The notes: generated from the letters alone by a model not told the origin. 64,000 nucleotides of DNA from Psammoneis japonica (GCA_008632985.1 QPGO01000027.1:248001-312000), one strand, 5' to 3'. Positions 49,516 to 61,679 are shown, counted from the stretch's first letter. Numbers and translations are program-made.

Positions 49516-50828
49516 ATGAAAGTCACAAACGGAACATTGCTCACTCTTCTTGCGTTCTCTTGCTTTGTCCACCCGATTGATACGCAAAGGGTTGGCGTGA
49601 AAAAGAGGTGCCGCCTCAGGAGGCCTAGCCGTACAAGAGTGCCACCATCACGCCGGAGGGTGTCGAGTATTGCGACACCTGACGATATTTCTGAGGAGAG
49701 TGAAATTGCTGGATATTTCTTCACTGAGGCTTACAAGCAACAGGAAAACAATTGTCAGAATGTGATTTTCGACCACAGAGATGCGAGTGGCATCATTCGT
49801 CAAGGGCAAGCCCCAACCCCAGCGCTGCAAAAGCTGGCAGATACCTACACTCCGGTAGTGAGAGAGAATTCTATCACTATTGGGATAGACTCAAGTATTA
49901 CCTCGAAAAGCTCCACCGAGAAGATTTGGATGTGGTAAGTAATACGTACGACATTATGCACTGTACTTGAGCAGCACAATGAGCTTTGCATTTGTAATTT
50001 TCGCCTCATGATTCATCATTCCATGTGTTTGAACAAAAGGTTTGGAACGAAAAAGAGGATCGGGTTGCTCGGGTTTAACACGGATACTCCATTTCCGGCC
50101 AACACAGTCATGAAGTGGGACTCAACTACGCCAAGTGGTACCTAGAAACTGTCAAGTCAGATGATTGGGATTTGATTAGTCTCGTTAATCCGAGCACGGA
50201 TGGAATCAAGATCAGAAGCATTGAAATTCGACACAGTGGAGTGAAGATTCTGGACTGGCAGAATGCTGGTGTTTGGCTGGACAATTCAAAGCACCAGAGT
50301 CACACCCATCTCGGGCTTTCGGCAAAGATCCTCGAAACCAAGCTCAACACCCCCGAAGTCAAGCCGTACAACTGGATTACCCAAATCCACTGGGCAGCAA
50401 GAGAATTGGGTAAGACTGATGGTAAGAATTATCAAGCCTTGGGGACCAATGCGTGGTGTAGTGAATTTGCATCGTGGACCCTGCGCAAAGCGCTATGGCA
50501 AACTCCACACAATTGGGCACCGAATGGGATTGGGGATGCGCAAGAGATGGAGAACTATTTCAGTAGCGTTGGCCGCTATGTTCCACATTCCTCGCTCGTT
50601 GGGGAAGGGTTTCGCCGTCTCAAAGCAGGCGACTACATTCGGTTCCAATGGCCAAGTGGCAGCCAGCATAGTGCAATCTTTATCTCCTACAAGGACGAGC
50701 CTACTGCGCTTAACCCCCCAACGAACAGCACTCGCATCAATACAATCGAAGGCAACACAGGCTCGAGAGTCGCGGTCAGAACCTCACGCACTCTTGGTCA
50801 GGTGCGTTCAGCAGGAAATACTCAGTAA
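49516..50828 (+). CDS. Secreted CHAP-domain (Cys/His amidohydrolase) protein; intron 49935-50039; apparent frameshift near 50140
   Basis: Signal peptide MKVTNGTLLTLLAFSCFVHP; AWCSEFASW, KAGDYIRF, QHSAIF, TIEGNT match bacterial/phage CHAP amidases. Confidence 0.75.
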
Positions 50829-50836
50829 GAGCATAG

Positions 50837-50971
50837 GCAAGATAATATGGAGAAGGCGTCTATGGTAGGTGATGACAATGAGGACTACATGAATCTTCAC
50901 ATGGAAAGCTTGGACAAGAGGCAAGATATGGAGAAGGCGCCCATGCTAGGTGATGCCATTGAGGACTACAT
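50837..50971. repeat. Direct repeat of about 50 bp downstream of the CHAP gene
   Basis: GCAAGATA..TGGAGAAGGCG..ATG.TAGGTGATG.CA.TGAGGACTACAT occurs twice. Confidence 0.85.
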
Positions 50972-51261
50972 ACCTTACATATTGAAAAACGACGGATAAA
51001 AGATTAGAAGGGATCGGGCTACGACTGCCTTCGGGAGAGAAGGCTCGATACTTACAATACATTTTGCATGATTCACGGACGAACACGATTTCGCATTGCA
51101 TCTTTAGCGTTTTCTTCTTAGTGGCTGACTGCAGCTGGATGTCTGCGATGTGAGGCCACTCGACATGCGACGCGCAAGTTAACGTTTGGAGCTTCGAAAA
51201 AAGTAAACCTAACCCAATGTTATGTCGTGCACATGTTCGTATATCCCGGAGGACTCTCGTT

Positions 51262-51903
51262 TCAAAGCCACGCGGTCGACGCTTCAGATCTTCCCTTGAT
51301 GCCCCCTGTTTTAGCATCCGTAGTGTCGGTCAATCGCGTCAGAACGTTCCTCGCAAATCTAGTCGCAGAATTGCGTTTGACATTGCGACCTGGATTGGCA
51401 ATTTGGGCCGCGTTGTGTAGTTCATCAACGAGTCGCTTCCGTGATTGGCCCCGAGACTGGCTCTCTCCGCTACTAGAAGTAGCGGCAACAATCGAAGCCA
51501 TTACATCTGTAGAAATCAAAGTAGGTCTACCTTGTTTAGGTTTGGAGAGCCCGTCAACGGCATGTCGGAGAGAAGTCTTGGAAAACTTCTTTTCGCGGAT
51601 GGCTTTCCTCAATTCTGTCACATTCTTGCATCCATACTGCTTGCACAGGGGTTCAATGGATCGACGAAAAGTCGTGTCGCCAAATCCATACAAGTTGTAC
51701 GCATAAGTCGCTTTCATGTCACCTGCCATGATTGCATAAGTACCCTGCTTCAGCTCCCATTCTGTGTAAGGGGTAAATTCGTGGACTTTGGCGTTGCATC
51801 TCTCGGTGACCCATCGAAATACAAACGTTGAGCTTCCGTAATTTGGTTCCTTTTCCAAAAGATCTGCGTGTACGTGTTGTGTTTCGTGTACCTTCTTTAC
51901 CAT
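51262..51903 (-). CDS. psq-type HTH protein resembling the N-terminus of pogo/CENP-B transposases; no DDE domain seen
   Basis: YTEWELKQG..AIMAGDMKATYAYNLYGFGDTTFRR followed by KQGRPTLIS. Confidence 0.5.
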   Translation of the reverse strand: MVKKVHETQHVHADLLEKEPNYGSSTFVFRWVTERCNAKVHEFTPYTEWELKQGTYAIMAGDMKATYAYNLYGFGDTTFRRSIEPLCKQYGCKNVTELRKAIREKKFSKTSLRHAVDGLSKPKQGRPTLISTDVMASIVAATSSSGESQSRGQSRKRLVDELHNAAQIANPGRNVKRNSATRFARNVLTRLTDTTDAKTGGIKGRSEASTAWL

Positions 51904-52411
51904 ATCATGGACCTCTCCTATGGTCAGAGTAGCACGTACCTGAAGACGCCTCCTCCTGCGGCGATTGCCACCTCTAGATTATACTCGTCGATAATGCAGA
52001 ATTATACGGCGACAAAACTAGATTTTGAAAGTTTCTTTGCTCAAAAAAAAAATCGGCGTACATATCGCATTGCTTCAAAATTCCCCAAATAGTTTCCCAT
52101 CCCTTCCCGCCAGACTGTCCAGCTCCATAAGCTCCTTTGGGTACTCCTTGCAGAGGCGGTCAACTTCTTTGAGGAGGATCCATCCTTCCTTGGCGTGTGA
52201 AAATAGCTTTCGATTGTTAACGAAGGTATCCTCGGGAAACGCGTCACAATGGAGATACTTGCCGGCACGGCTAAAGCACTCGCAGGACTCTGCCTCCGTC
52301 AGTCCATGTACACGCTCTAAATCCCGCTGCCATTCATCTCCTTGGCGCATGGTTTCCAGCAATAGTTCGTGTTTCTTGTTCTTCTGAAAAATCTGTGGGG
52401 CAAGTTGTTCA

Positions 52412-52690
52412 TCAAGGTCGGACTTGGACAAAATTGAAGCGTTGCTCATAGTGGAGACTTCGAAATGCCCCTGCTCCGAACTGTGCTTCAATTGCGTTTG
52501 CGAATGCTTGGATTTGTGCGTGGAAGACAGGGCCGGTGACATCTTCGCGCCGCCAGCACGAATGTTGGTATTTTTGACAGCCTCGTTGTACGAGATAGGC
52601 GTCAATGTATTCGTAGACTCTTTGGCGACGGGAGCCGTTGACATTTCCATTGTGGATGTGGAGGTCGTATTGGAAGCAGAAATCGGGCAT
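52412..52690 (-). CDS. VapD/Cas2-like small ferredoxin-fold nuclease (92 aa)
   Basis: FCFQYDL...RRQRVYEYIDAYLVQRGCQKYQHSCW fits the VapD/Cas2 pattern hhh(F/Y)D(L/I)...Y..h...L...G....QxSx(aromatic); size matches. Confidence 0.65.
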   Translation of the reverse strand: MPDFCFQYDLHIHNGNVNGSRRQRVYEYIDAYLVQRGCQKYQHSCWRREDVTGPVFHAQIQAFANAIEAQFGAGAFRSLHYEQRFNFVQVRP

Positions 52691-52716
52691 TCAAGGGGAA
52701 CGATATGATAAGGTTA

Positions 52717-52930
52717 GGCCTTGGGGGGCGTCTTTGGAAGTGAGATCGTCGAAGGCGGTCTGATCGCCAGTGCGTTTGGGGTTTTCCCAGTACAATTTGT
52801 ACGCAAAAAAAAACACGTAGGATCTGTCCAGAGGTCCCAAATACCCAATCGCACTGATTGACAGACTGTTTTAGTACAAATTCTACGTAACTTTCTTCGA
52901 CAGTCTCACTTCCGAAGACGTCCCCCAGCC
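52717..52930. mobile_element. MITE (Tourist/Harbinger-like), about 214 bp
   Basis: GGCCTTGGGGGGCGTCTTTGGAAGTGAGATCGTCGAAG pairs with CTTCGACAGTCTCACTTCCGAAGACGTCCCCCAGCC; flanked by TTA and TAG. Confidence 0.7.
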
Positions 52931-53279
52931 TAGAGATGATGCAAACTGACGGAGCAGTGCAGTGCGCGTGACAGCACCTTGCTTTTGTACACTCTCCATC
53001 GTGAGTCCATGCGTCGACCGTTGTCGTGTGCTCTGCGCACACCCAAGTCTCCTCATTGACCTTTTTTCTTTTCAAGTTTTTTGACTGAAAACGGACAGAC
53101 TGTACGACAACTCGAAATCGCATCGCTCGAGTTGAGTTGTTTTTCGCCAGTGGCATTTTCACTCCAACACCCCATTTCACACTTCACACTACGAGCGTGG
53201 TGGGTTCTCGCCATGAAGACACCAATGTTCTAACTGTTCGAAATCCACCCATTTGTTCACAAACAATGAGTGTCATTGA

Positions 53280-54260
53280 TCTCACTTCAGATCCGAATCG
53301 GCATTAAAATGTCGCATCGATCCAAAAGTTGTGCGCCAAAATCACAGTGCGTTTAGCTCAAGCAGGCGTTTCTTTAGAAGAACTTGGAATTGTGACACAT
53401 TAAATGACAACAACATCATCTACAGAACAAGAGCTTTCCAATGATGTTGTTTTTATTTCCACGCACCTGACAGATCCGAGTCATCATCCAGATGTCCTGT
53501 CGACGCCGCAGTTGCGCGCCAAAGTCATGTTCCGTTTTGCTCAAGCAGGCGTTGCTTTAGAAGCACTTGAAATTATGACACGATAAATGACAATAACATC
53601 ATCTACAGAACGAGAGCTTTCCAATGATGTCACTTTTATTTCCATGCCCCTGACAGATCCGAGTCATCATCCAGGTGTTCTGCCGACCCCGCAGTTGCGC
53701 ACCAAAATCCCATTGCGTTTTGCTCAAGTGGGCGTTGCTTTAGAAGTGCTTTAAATTATGACACAATAAATGACAATGACATCATCTACAGAATGAGAGC
53801 TTTCTGATGATGTTGCTTTCATTTCCATGTCCTCAACAGATCCGAATCATCATCCAGATGTCCTGCCGACCCCGCAGTTGCGCGCCAAAATCCCAGTGCA
53901 TTTTGCTCAAGTGGGCGTTGCTTTAGAAGAACTTGGAATTATGACACAACAAATGGCAGCAACATCATCTGCAGAACGAGAGCTGTCCAATGATGTCACT
54001 TTTATTTCCATGCCCCTGACAGATCCGAATCTTCATTCACACATCCTGCCGACCCCGCACTTGCGCGCCAAAATCCCAGTGCGTTTCGCTCAAGCAGGCG
54101 TTGCTTTAGAAGAACTTGGAATTGTGACACAACAAATGGCAGCAACATCATCTACAGAATGAGAGCCATCTGATGATGTTGCTTTCATTTCCACACCCGC
54201 AACAGATCCGAATCTTCATTCACATGTCCCACCGACCCCGCACTTGCGCGCCAAAATCCA
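53280..54260. repeat. 183-bp tandem array, about 5.3 units; same family as 12965-14545, inverted
   Basis: Unit anchors at 53404, 53587, 53770, 53953, 54136 (exact 183-bp period). Confidence 0.95.
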
Positions 54261-54674
54261 AGGCATTGCTGGCACACACCTGCAACATTTTAGGTCGTGG
54301 TCCGCCCAACTGGGTTTTCTACAACTGCTGCTCTGCAGCAGCTGTCAGCAGCAGGCGTTGCTCAAGAAGTTCTTGTCTCACCCGGGCCTTCCTCGCCCGA
54401 GTCTCCCTCGCTTGAGCCGTCACCACTCACATGCGCTCGCCGCAACAATGCAAAAAAGGGCAACACCCTGTCTGCATGCACACATTTGGGATCACTCAAT
54501 TTGCTTCACTTAACTGCATCGCTGTCAAACACATCGTAGCGAGCACTGTGTCCACAGCCAGCATTTCATTTTGCATCCCTTCCATTCTTGACGGCCGCCT
54601 CCTCCTGCGCACCTGGCAGCTTTTCAATCATCAACTCTGACACGGGTTGTGCAATGTCACACGACTGGGACCTT

Positions 54675-56630
54675 TCATTCCTGGGACCCAAGAGCAATTA
54701 GAAATGGTTGCCGGTTAGGTGTGGGGCGCTCAACACCCCAATGGTGACACTGCGTCCACACAGCAACGCCTGGATGATGGCAGAGACCGCACCCTGCTTG
54801 GCACGCTGCACAGCAACAGCGCATCATACGACTGAACTTCCCAAGATTGTGCCCATCCTGTTCGAACGTCGTCTTCTTAACCATGAGTTGAAGCAGAACC
54901 ATGCATTCTTGAAACAGGGGCTTCTCACCCACACCCGCAAGCTTTCGAGTTTTTTCTTCATGTTGTTGAGATGCGCGGCATTTTGAAATGATGCACACTG
55001 ATTGTTTGTTAGGACCCCATGCAACAGCATGGCACAGCAGCTCTTGCAACTCCTGAACTCGCTTCAGCGCTTCAGACAAATTCTTCTGGGTTTTCTGGTT
55101 CCCGATTGCCTGAAACTCTTCATGCACGAAGTCTGGATCTACATCCGGGGCCTTGGATGCTGTGGCATCGAAGTTGTCTGTAAACGATCCGTTGTCACAG
55201 AGTTTGTGGGTGTCCGCAAAAAAATCATTCAGCAATTTTTCCACAGTGACGCGACGACAGCACGAGTGACCGAAGTGTCTCCCCAGCGCTCTTCTTGTGA
55301 CCAGCATCAATCTTTGAAAAAATCCCATTGGTGTGCTTGTTTTGATCAAAGTGGGAAGTCGTTGTCAGACGCTGCTTTTCCATGCACATGCAGCGTCGCA
55401 GGCACGCAATCAATTCTTCCTTTTTCAACGCAGCACCGTCTTTTCCCGTCACATTTCCACTGCGTGCGATTGCCATGCCCATTAATTGTTGCTTGGTGCA
55501 TTCCTTAAGGTCACTCTTGCCTGTTGGCAGCCCCATGCCAACAATGTTGGAACGATCCTCCACGGAGTTGTGGCGCACATTGTGCGGTTGAAATTGGTCG
55601 AGCTTCATCTGATCGGCATTTGAGAACACAGCCACAGCTCGAGGATTCACTTTGCCTTTCATGTGATTCAACCGCTGTGCTGATGATTGTTCAACAATGC
55701 GCCCATCAGCTGTTGAACAAACACCCCCATTGGTGTCACAGCATGACCCACCTTTCGTGAACCAGTTTGTGACATGATGCACCGCCTGAGTGATGTCGTT
55801 CGCTGAATGTCGTTCCGCAGTGGCGGTGGCAGCACATTTCAAAAGTGTCTCAGCAAACTGCTCAGTCTCTAAATTGTCACAATCAGCAGCAGACAGGGAA
55901 TGGTCAAGTGCCTTGAGAAATGTTGCTTCCCCAATCCCCTTGATGCCGCTGCCGTTTTCTGTCACGTCACACCCCATCACCACCGCCCACCAATGCACCA
56001 CAATGATGCCAATTTTCTTTGTTGCCACATGCAGTGGGTGTTCAGTTGCAACCTCATCAGTTGATGTAGTTTCCATGTCAACAAAGCGACACTGCTCCGA
56101 ACCCCAACTGTCAACAAACAGAATCTCACCAGCGCCATGCCCAACGTGATCAGAGTCTCGGCACATTGTGATCGCCGATGCAACTTCTCGGCCTGCTTGC
56201 ATGTCAGCCTCTTGTGGAGCAACCACATGAGGCACGTGACAGCGATCGCAAATTTTGGCGCACATTGCAACAAACATTGATGGAATCCGTGGAGCAGTGT
56301 TCCCCGTCTCTTCACTGCACCGACGAGCATGTTCCGGCAGTTTCTCGATTGGCAGAACCCCATCAAAAATGAAAGTGATGTCCCATTGAAGAATGCAGTG
56401 CAAGAAGACAACTGTCTGGTGAAAATCTTGCAAGGATCGAGAGAAGTCTCCCTCAATGAATTGGTCTCTGTGACGGACAGCACAAACAAACACCAGCGTG
56501 CCGGCATCCAAGTGAACCGGAGTGCCTTTTCGTTGCAGTTGCGCAAATGATGAGAACCTTTTGATGTGTTTTCGTCTGTGAAACAGACATCAGGCAGGCA
56601 TTGTGCGCCATCAACATTGTCACAATCACA
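54675..56630 (-). pseudogene. Degenerate Exo1/XPG (FEN1-family) nuclease with SAP-like segment and SWIM zinc finger
   Basis: DAG, FIFDG, PHVVAPQEADMQ, DSD, GCD..GIKGIG (XPG-N/I and H3TH); TKQQLMGMAIARSG..KKEELI; CAACQAGCGLCHH then TISNCSWVP; frameshifted. Confidence 0.75.
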
Positions 56631-56807
56631 GACAGCAATTGTTTCTATCGTGGCAGTGAGGTGAATGCGATGTGTGTGCTTTCGATCGAGCGCGAGCGAT
56701 TTTGAGATGGATTTCGAGTTGTCGTACAGTCTGTCCATCGAACTTGAAAAGAAACCAGGCCTGCGGGGAGCATTGACCACTTGTCTTTCTTTGTGGGTGT
56801 CGGTGCA

Positions 56808-57200
56808 TGTGTGCCGTTGCATGCTGCATTGCCTGCACGTACGCAGGGCCCTGCTGCCAGGGCCGGCATTGTGACGGCTGAGTGGCGTGGCCACCGCAAC
56901 GGTGACGCGGATGACCGTCACATTTGATGTCTCATGCCATTTTTGGGGCTGCAGCGAGGTGCACGGACACTCTTTTTTTCCAATTTATCACCATAACAGC
57001 GCATCGCACAAACTCACTTGTTGTTTGACATGTTTTCCCCAGTGTGACTTTTTCATGTAGAATTCACGACAAATTGTCTTTGCACACAACTGAGTGCATT
57101 TTTAAACATGCCACGCCGGCAATCCCAATTTTTCAGAACTTTCGAGCTCTCCTGAAAAACCGTGCCACGCACCCGTCGTAGGGAATTTGTCAATTTTTTA
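56808..57200 (+). repeat. Direct repeat of about 390 bp, copy 1
   Basis: Aligns colinearly with 63606-64000 (GCCATTTTTGGGGCTGC, GGACACTCTTTTTTTCCAATT, AGCTCTCCTGAAAAACCGT, AGGGAATTTGTC). Confidence 0.9.
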
Positions 57201-57324
57201 GGATGTCCCCACAACCTCTCATGTCCTCAATGATGATTCCAAGAATCTGAAGAATTCATCTGCACTAAACAACCCACACCCTTTCAAAATCCAAGGGACA
57301 CACTTTCAAATTCAGACGGACAAC

Positions 57325-57378
57325 CCAACCCGACTGCCCGACCCCCCGACTGCCCGACTGCCCGACTGCCGGACCGAC
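57325..57378. repeat. (CCCGACTG)n short tandem repeat
   Basis: Directly visible. Confidence 0.85.
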
Positions 57379-57749
57379 ACGAAAAAGTCTGCAATCACCA
57401 ACCACTGAGTGGTCAATGAAAAGGTCAACAGACTCTTGCGCAAGGATTTGTGAGTCTGTCAGGATGTGCAAGCTCCGGTGCAAATCTGCGTGCGAGCCTG
57501 TTGCCATGCATGGCACGAACACCGTTAAAATTTGCGCTGGGTCTTACGGAGATCTGCGCGGGGCTTCTGACTCAGAGAACCTTGCATTTGCAACCACACT
57601 CACATGTGATTGTGTTTTACACACCTCGAAGACGAAACGTGATGGAGGAGGGAGAACAGACGGTTGCGAAACATGATGGAGGGGGGAGAACAGACGGTGG
57701 GAAAACACCCATGTGACGAATGTGTTTCCTCAACATGACATGTCAGCGG

Positions 57750-60360
57750 AGTTCGGTGAGTCAAGATTGCTTGAGGACCCCTGACCGCGCATGGCAACAC
57801 GTGCTCTGCGCAGCTTGTGCGTCCTGACAGAGTTGCAAATCTTTGCTCTCGCAGAAGTGAGACAGTCGATGCACCAAGTTCACATGCAGGCGATTTGTCA
57901 CCATGCCCTCCTGGTGTGTTTTGTGTGGAATTCTCTGCAGATGAGTTTTTTTTTTGCATGCAGAAACATGCGGGGATTCCGGAGGCATCGCAACAAACCA
58001 TCCATCTGACTTCCGCGAGAGTCCATGAGGAGACCTTTGGGTGCATGCGAGCACGTGAAGAACGGTTGAAGCATGGACTCATGATGGAGAATGCTTTTGT
58101 GCCGGCAGGGCTGCATGTCGTTGATTGCAGTTTGTTCATGGGTTGCTGTCTGTTGGCGTGCTGCGCTGCCATGGGTGGGGATGCCGCAGAAATCAAGCAG
58201 GTGCCATTTTTTTGAGCAAAATCAACCAAAAAAAGTGTCATCATCACGACTCACAAGACTCAACATGCAGTCACAATGCACAAGGCCAAGCTTCCATCTC
58301 CCACCACAGCCTTTGCCAAGCGACTACCCGACGTGCTCCAGGTCCAGGTGGGACCTCGTGCTGCTGAACTGTGACATCGACAGTTTTTTGAATCACGTCG
58401 TATGTCGTGCACGCAGATTTCTGCATGATTTTTTTGACATTTTGTGTCATTTTACGGCACACTCATTGATCAATCCATCGAAAAACTTTTGACATTTTTT
58501 GTTACAGCGCAATTCTATGATGTCTTAAGAATTGCGCAGGGCACCTGCATTTGCAAAAACACTGAGTGGCAAGAGGCACAATTGCACCACAAACTTGGCT
58601 GTTTGTTTGATGTTGAAGACAAATGCATTCATCAATTAAATTCTTGCACTGCAGAGCTCGCACGCAGAATTCTGCGGGCCCAATGTCACATGGAGTCCCA
58701 CCTGGGGCTGGAAGACGTCACCAAGTCAACCTGCCGCTTCTCACCAAATCGCTCTCATGCCCTCAGGATCATTGTAAAAAGCTGTGCTTTCCACACCATC
58801 ATGTCCGCCATCATTGAATTGGGCGGGGTGCATCAAAGCAGCACCACAACCTTTGACTGTGCAATTTCTCATCCCCAACAATTTTGAAATGTTTGCGAAC
58901 ACCCACACATCTTGTTTGACCAAGGTGCCATCTTTCAAATGGCACACTCACAAGAAAGAGTTCTGTTGTTTGCTGGAAACAAAGGCTGCAGATGCTTTGT
59001 CAATCAGCAAACAAGAGCATGCAATCCAATCTGTTCAATGTTTGCTGCTTTCCGCACAAGAAACACAAAGCATTTCCAACAAGCCATTTGAATGACAAAA
59101 AGCCGTGGTCCAGAAAATGCCACTGCATTTTTTGGTTGGTCCACTGGAGCAAAGCTCGTGACGGGTGAGGACCAGAACCTGAGGGTGCTTGCAGCTGCTT
59201 GTCGGTCTTCAACTTGGATGGGATGGTGCACCAAAAACAAACAACATGGCCAATGTTCTGCCCATTTGGAAAAGGACTTGTGCGACATTGCAGCCAACCC
59301 ACAATTTGCTGCTTGCTGGGATGTGCCTGTGAGCAGCAACCTGAGGCAACTTGATGACACCATCCACAATCAGCAAGGCAGTTTGAGTGCTTCTCAGAGC
59401 CAGCAACAAGATTTCATCACATCATGAGGAAAGCATTCTCACAAAAACAGAAGAACAGGGGGTGCCAGCTGCTGCCTGTCAAAATTCTGAAGATTTCAAA
59501 TCTCCTCCTGCCAAATGCACATGATCAAGGTTGAGGTCTGCAAGTCCTGCTCCAGCACAGACAGTCACACCCGGCACTGTTCTGCCAGAAATTCCAGCTC
59601 TGGCTGTGGGAGAGCCATCATCACACAAGGGAAGGATGGAGAAGGGACACTTGCTTTCAGCGGGCTCCTCCCTGAGGCACTCCGCCTTCAATCTCTTAAA
59701 GGTGTCTGCCAGGATGAGCTCACTTGCCTTGAATTCGCAATTCATCTGCCAGATGACTCAAAGAGTGAGAATGAGGGGGATGGGGATCTGATTGTGGAGT
59801 TCAAGAAGATTGCTCTTGGTGCTCTGACTGCAATTGGCACCGATTCTTTGCAGAACCTGTCTGGAAAAACAGTGTCGGCAGCTGGCCAAAATGTCAAGTC
59901 AGCTTGGAAGAGCATTTTTGACGCCATTCCAAGTGGCCTTTTCCTTCCAGAAGAAGAGTGTTGTCTGTGCAAGTGGGCAAGAGATGATTGTCGGCATTCT
60001 GAAGGTGCAAGACTTCCTGCTGAAAACTGTGAAAAGCTCCCAGACAACAACCATCTGTGGCTCACAGACGTTGCAGTGCACATCATGCGCCACATCACAT
60101 GTTGTTGTGACATTTCAATGCGCTGCTTTCCAGCTCTGATGACATGCTTTGCAATGCTGTTTCTTCATTGTCCCCTCTCCAAAGAGGAATTTTCAAGTGT
60201 CACGACTGTTTGTGATCAACTCCATCACTTGCACATTGTTGATCAGTGCCATCTCAACAAACACTTTGAGAAGTTTCATTTCCACTCCTGACAAACAATG
60301 TGGGTTCTGTCATTGGCGGTGCATGGTCACAGATGACTCAAAACATTTTGACTGAAACAG
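57750..60360 (+). pseudogene. Degenerate transposon-like coding region ending in a possible Ulp1 (C48) peptidase-like segment
   Basis: Chain of broken ORFs almost lacking Tyr; WLTDVAVH followed downstream by CHWRCMV resembles Ulp1 WL.D and HW motifs. Confidence 0.35.
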
Positions 60361-61679
60361 GCACATGTGTGTGTCATGTCAGCCGCATTTGGAGATGAGC
60401 TGTTGGGATCACCACCAACTCTGTGTTTTTGTCTGTTGACGGCTGGTGAGTGCATGTGTTGCACATGTGTGACTCATTCCACCCTCATTGAGAAAGGACA
60501 AAAATGCAGAGGTTGAACATGTTAGAAAATGGGACCTTTTCATGTGGCAAAGCATGGGAAAAGCAAGAAAGAGGCTGTTGATTGTTCTCTGCAGCTGGAG
60601 CAACAGCGCAGTGGTGGATGTCATGACAGCCGCAACGACATTCCAAAACTGCAAACGAGTTTTTGTTCTGGGTGCGCTCACACTCGCGCTGCAGCAGGGC
60701 CCTGTCAGCATTTTGTTGTTTCTTGTTGTTGCCTTTTGTGGTGCATCCGGTGGACGGACAAGGTTGGCAGGTGCAGCAAAAGGCAAAACCTCAGTGCAGG
60801 CCCCGTGAAGGCAATTGTGTTGCTGGTTGCGAGGCACTGCAAAGTGCAAACAACAAAGTGACAGGCAAGGGGAAGGGACAAGTCAACCACTGTGCTCTTC
60901 AAAAACTCATTTCCCCATTGTCCTTGTTTCCATTGTGGAGCATCTTGCCACATGCTGTGTGCACCCAAAAGAGGTGTGTGGGGGACAGATCTACAAAAAC
61001 AGCACAACAAAAATTTGCTCCTTGTGGTGGTGTTTGGCATGGCAGCACTCTTGCCACATGGAGAGCCATCTTTGTCATGCTCACAGATGTGCAAAGTTGC
61101 CATTGTCCACCATCATCATTGTTGTTGTTGTGGGGTCAAAAGTGACAGGTTCTGTGCTGCCATTGACAAGCACATCAAGAGTCAAACTACAACTTCTGGA
61201 ACCCAGGCAGTGCTGCTGCTGCCAATGAGCAAAATGGAACAAAGAAGAAAAAGAAAATCAGCTGGACAACTCAAACAATGATGTGCTTCACATGGCAGAA
61301 GAAGCAACAAGCCCGCCAAACAAAATGCTGTTGCCCCATGGAACAAGAAATGGCAGATGCTGCATGACCAACAGGAAGACCATGTGATCCTTTCTCATTG
61401 TGTTCAAACTGTCAAGCCATTTTTCATGATGGACTTCAAAGGAATCATTTGTGAGAATGAAAATGCTCTGGGCATGTTCTTCAATGTCTGCAAAACACAC
61501 CCGGGCAAACTGTTGGTGGTGCACTGCAAGTGTGAAGGAGGAGACACGTTCGTAAAATTGCCTCTTTTTCTGTTGGCAATCATCCACATTTTCATTGCTT
61601 GACAAATTTGCCACGGAGCTTGCACACAGAATTCTGCGGGCCCAATGTCACATGGAGTCCCACCTGGGGCTGGAACCCG

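Noticed and set aside
46939..52690. Bacterial or phage contamination or prophage
   Set aside because: The CHAP gene has a GT-AG intron, there is no operon-like packing or phage structural gene, and the block is flanked by an intron-containing gene and eukaryotic transposons
53280..54260. CRISPR array next to a Cas2-like gene
   Set aside because: Units are similar along their whole 183 bp with no unique spacers, and no cas1 or other cas genes are visible; it is a satellite
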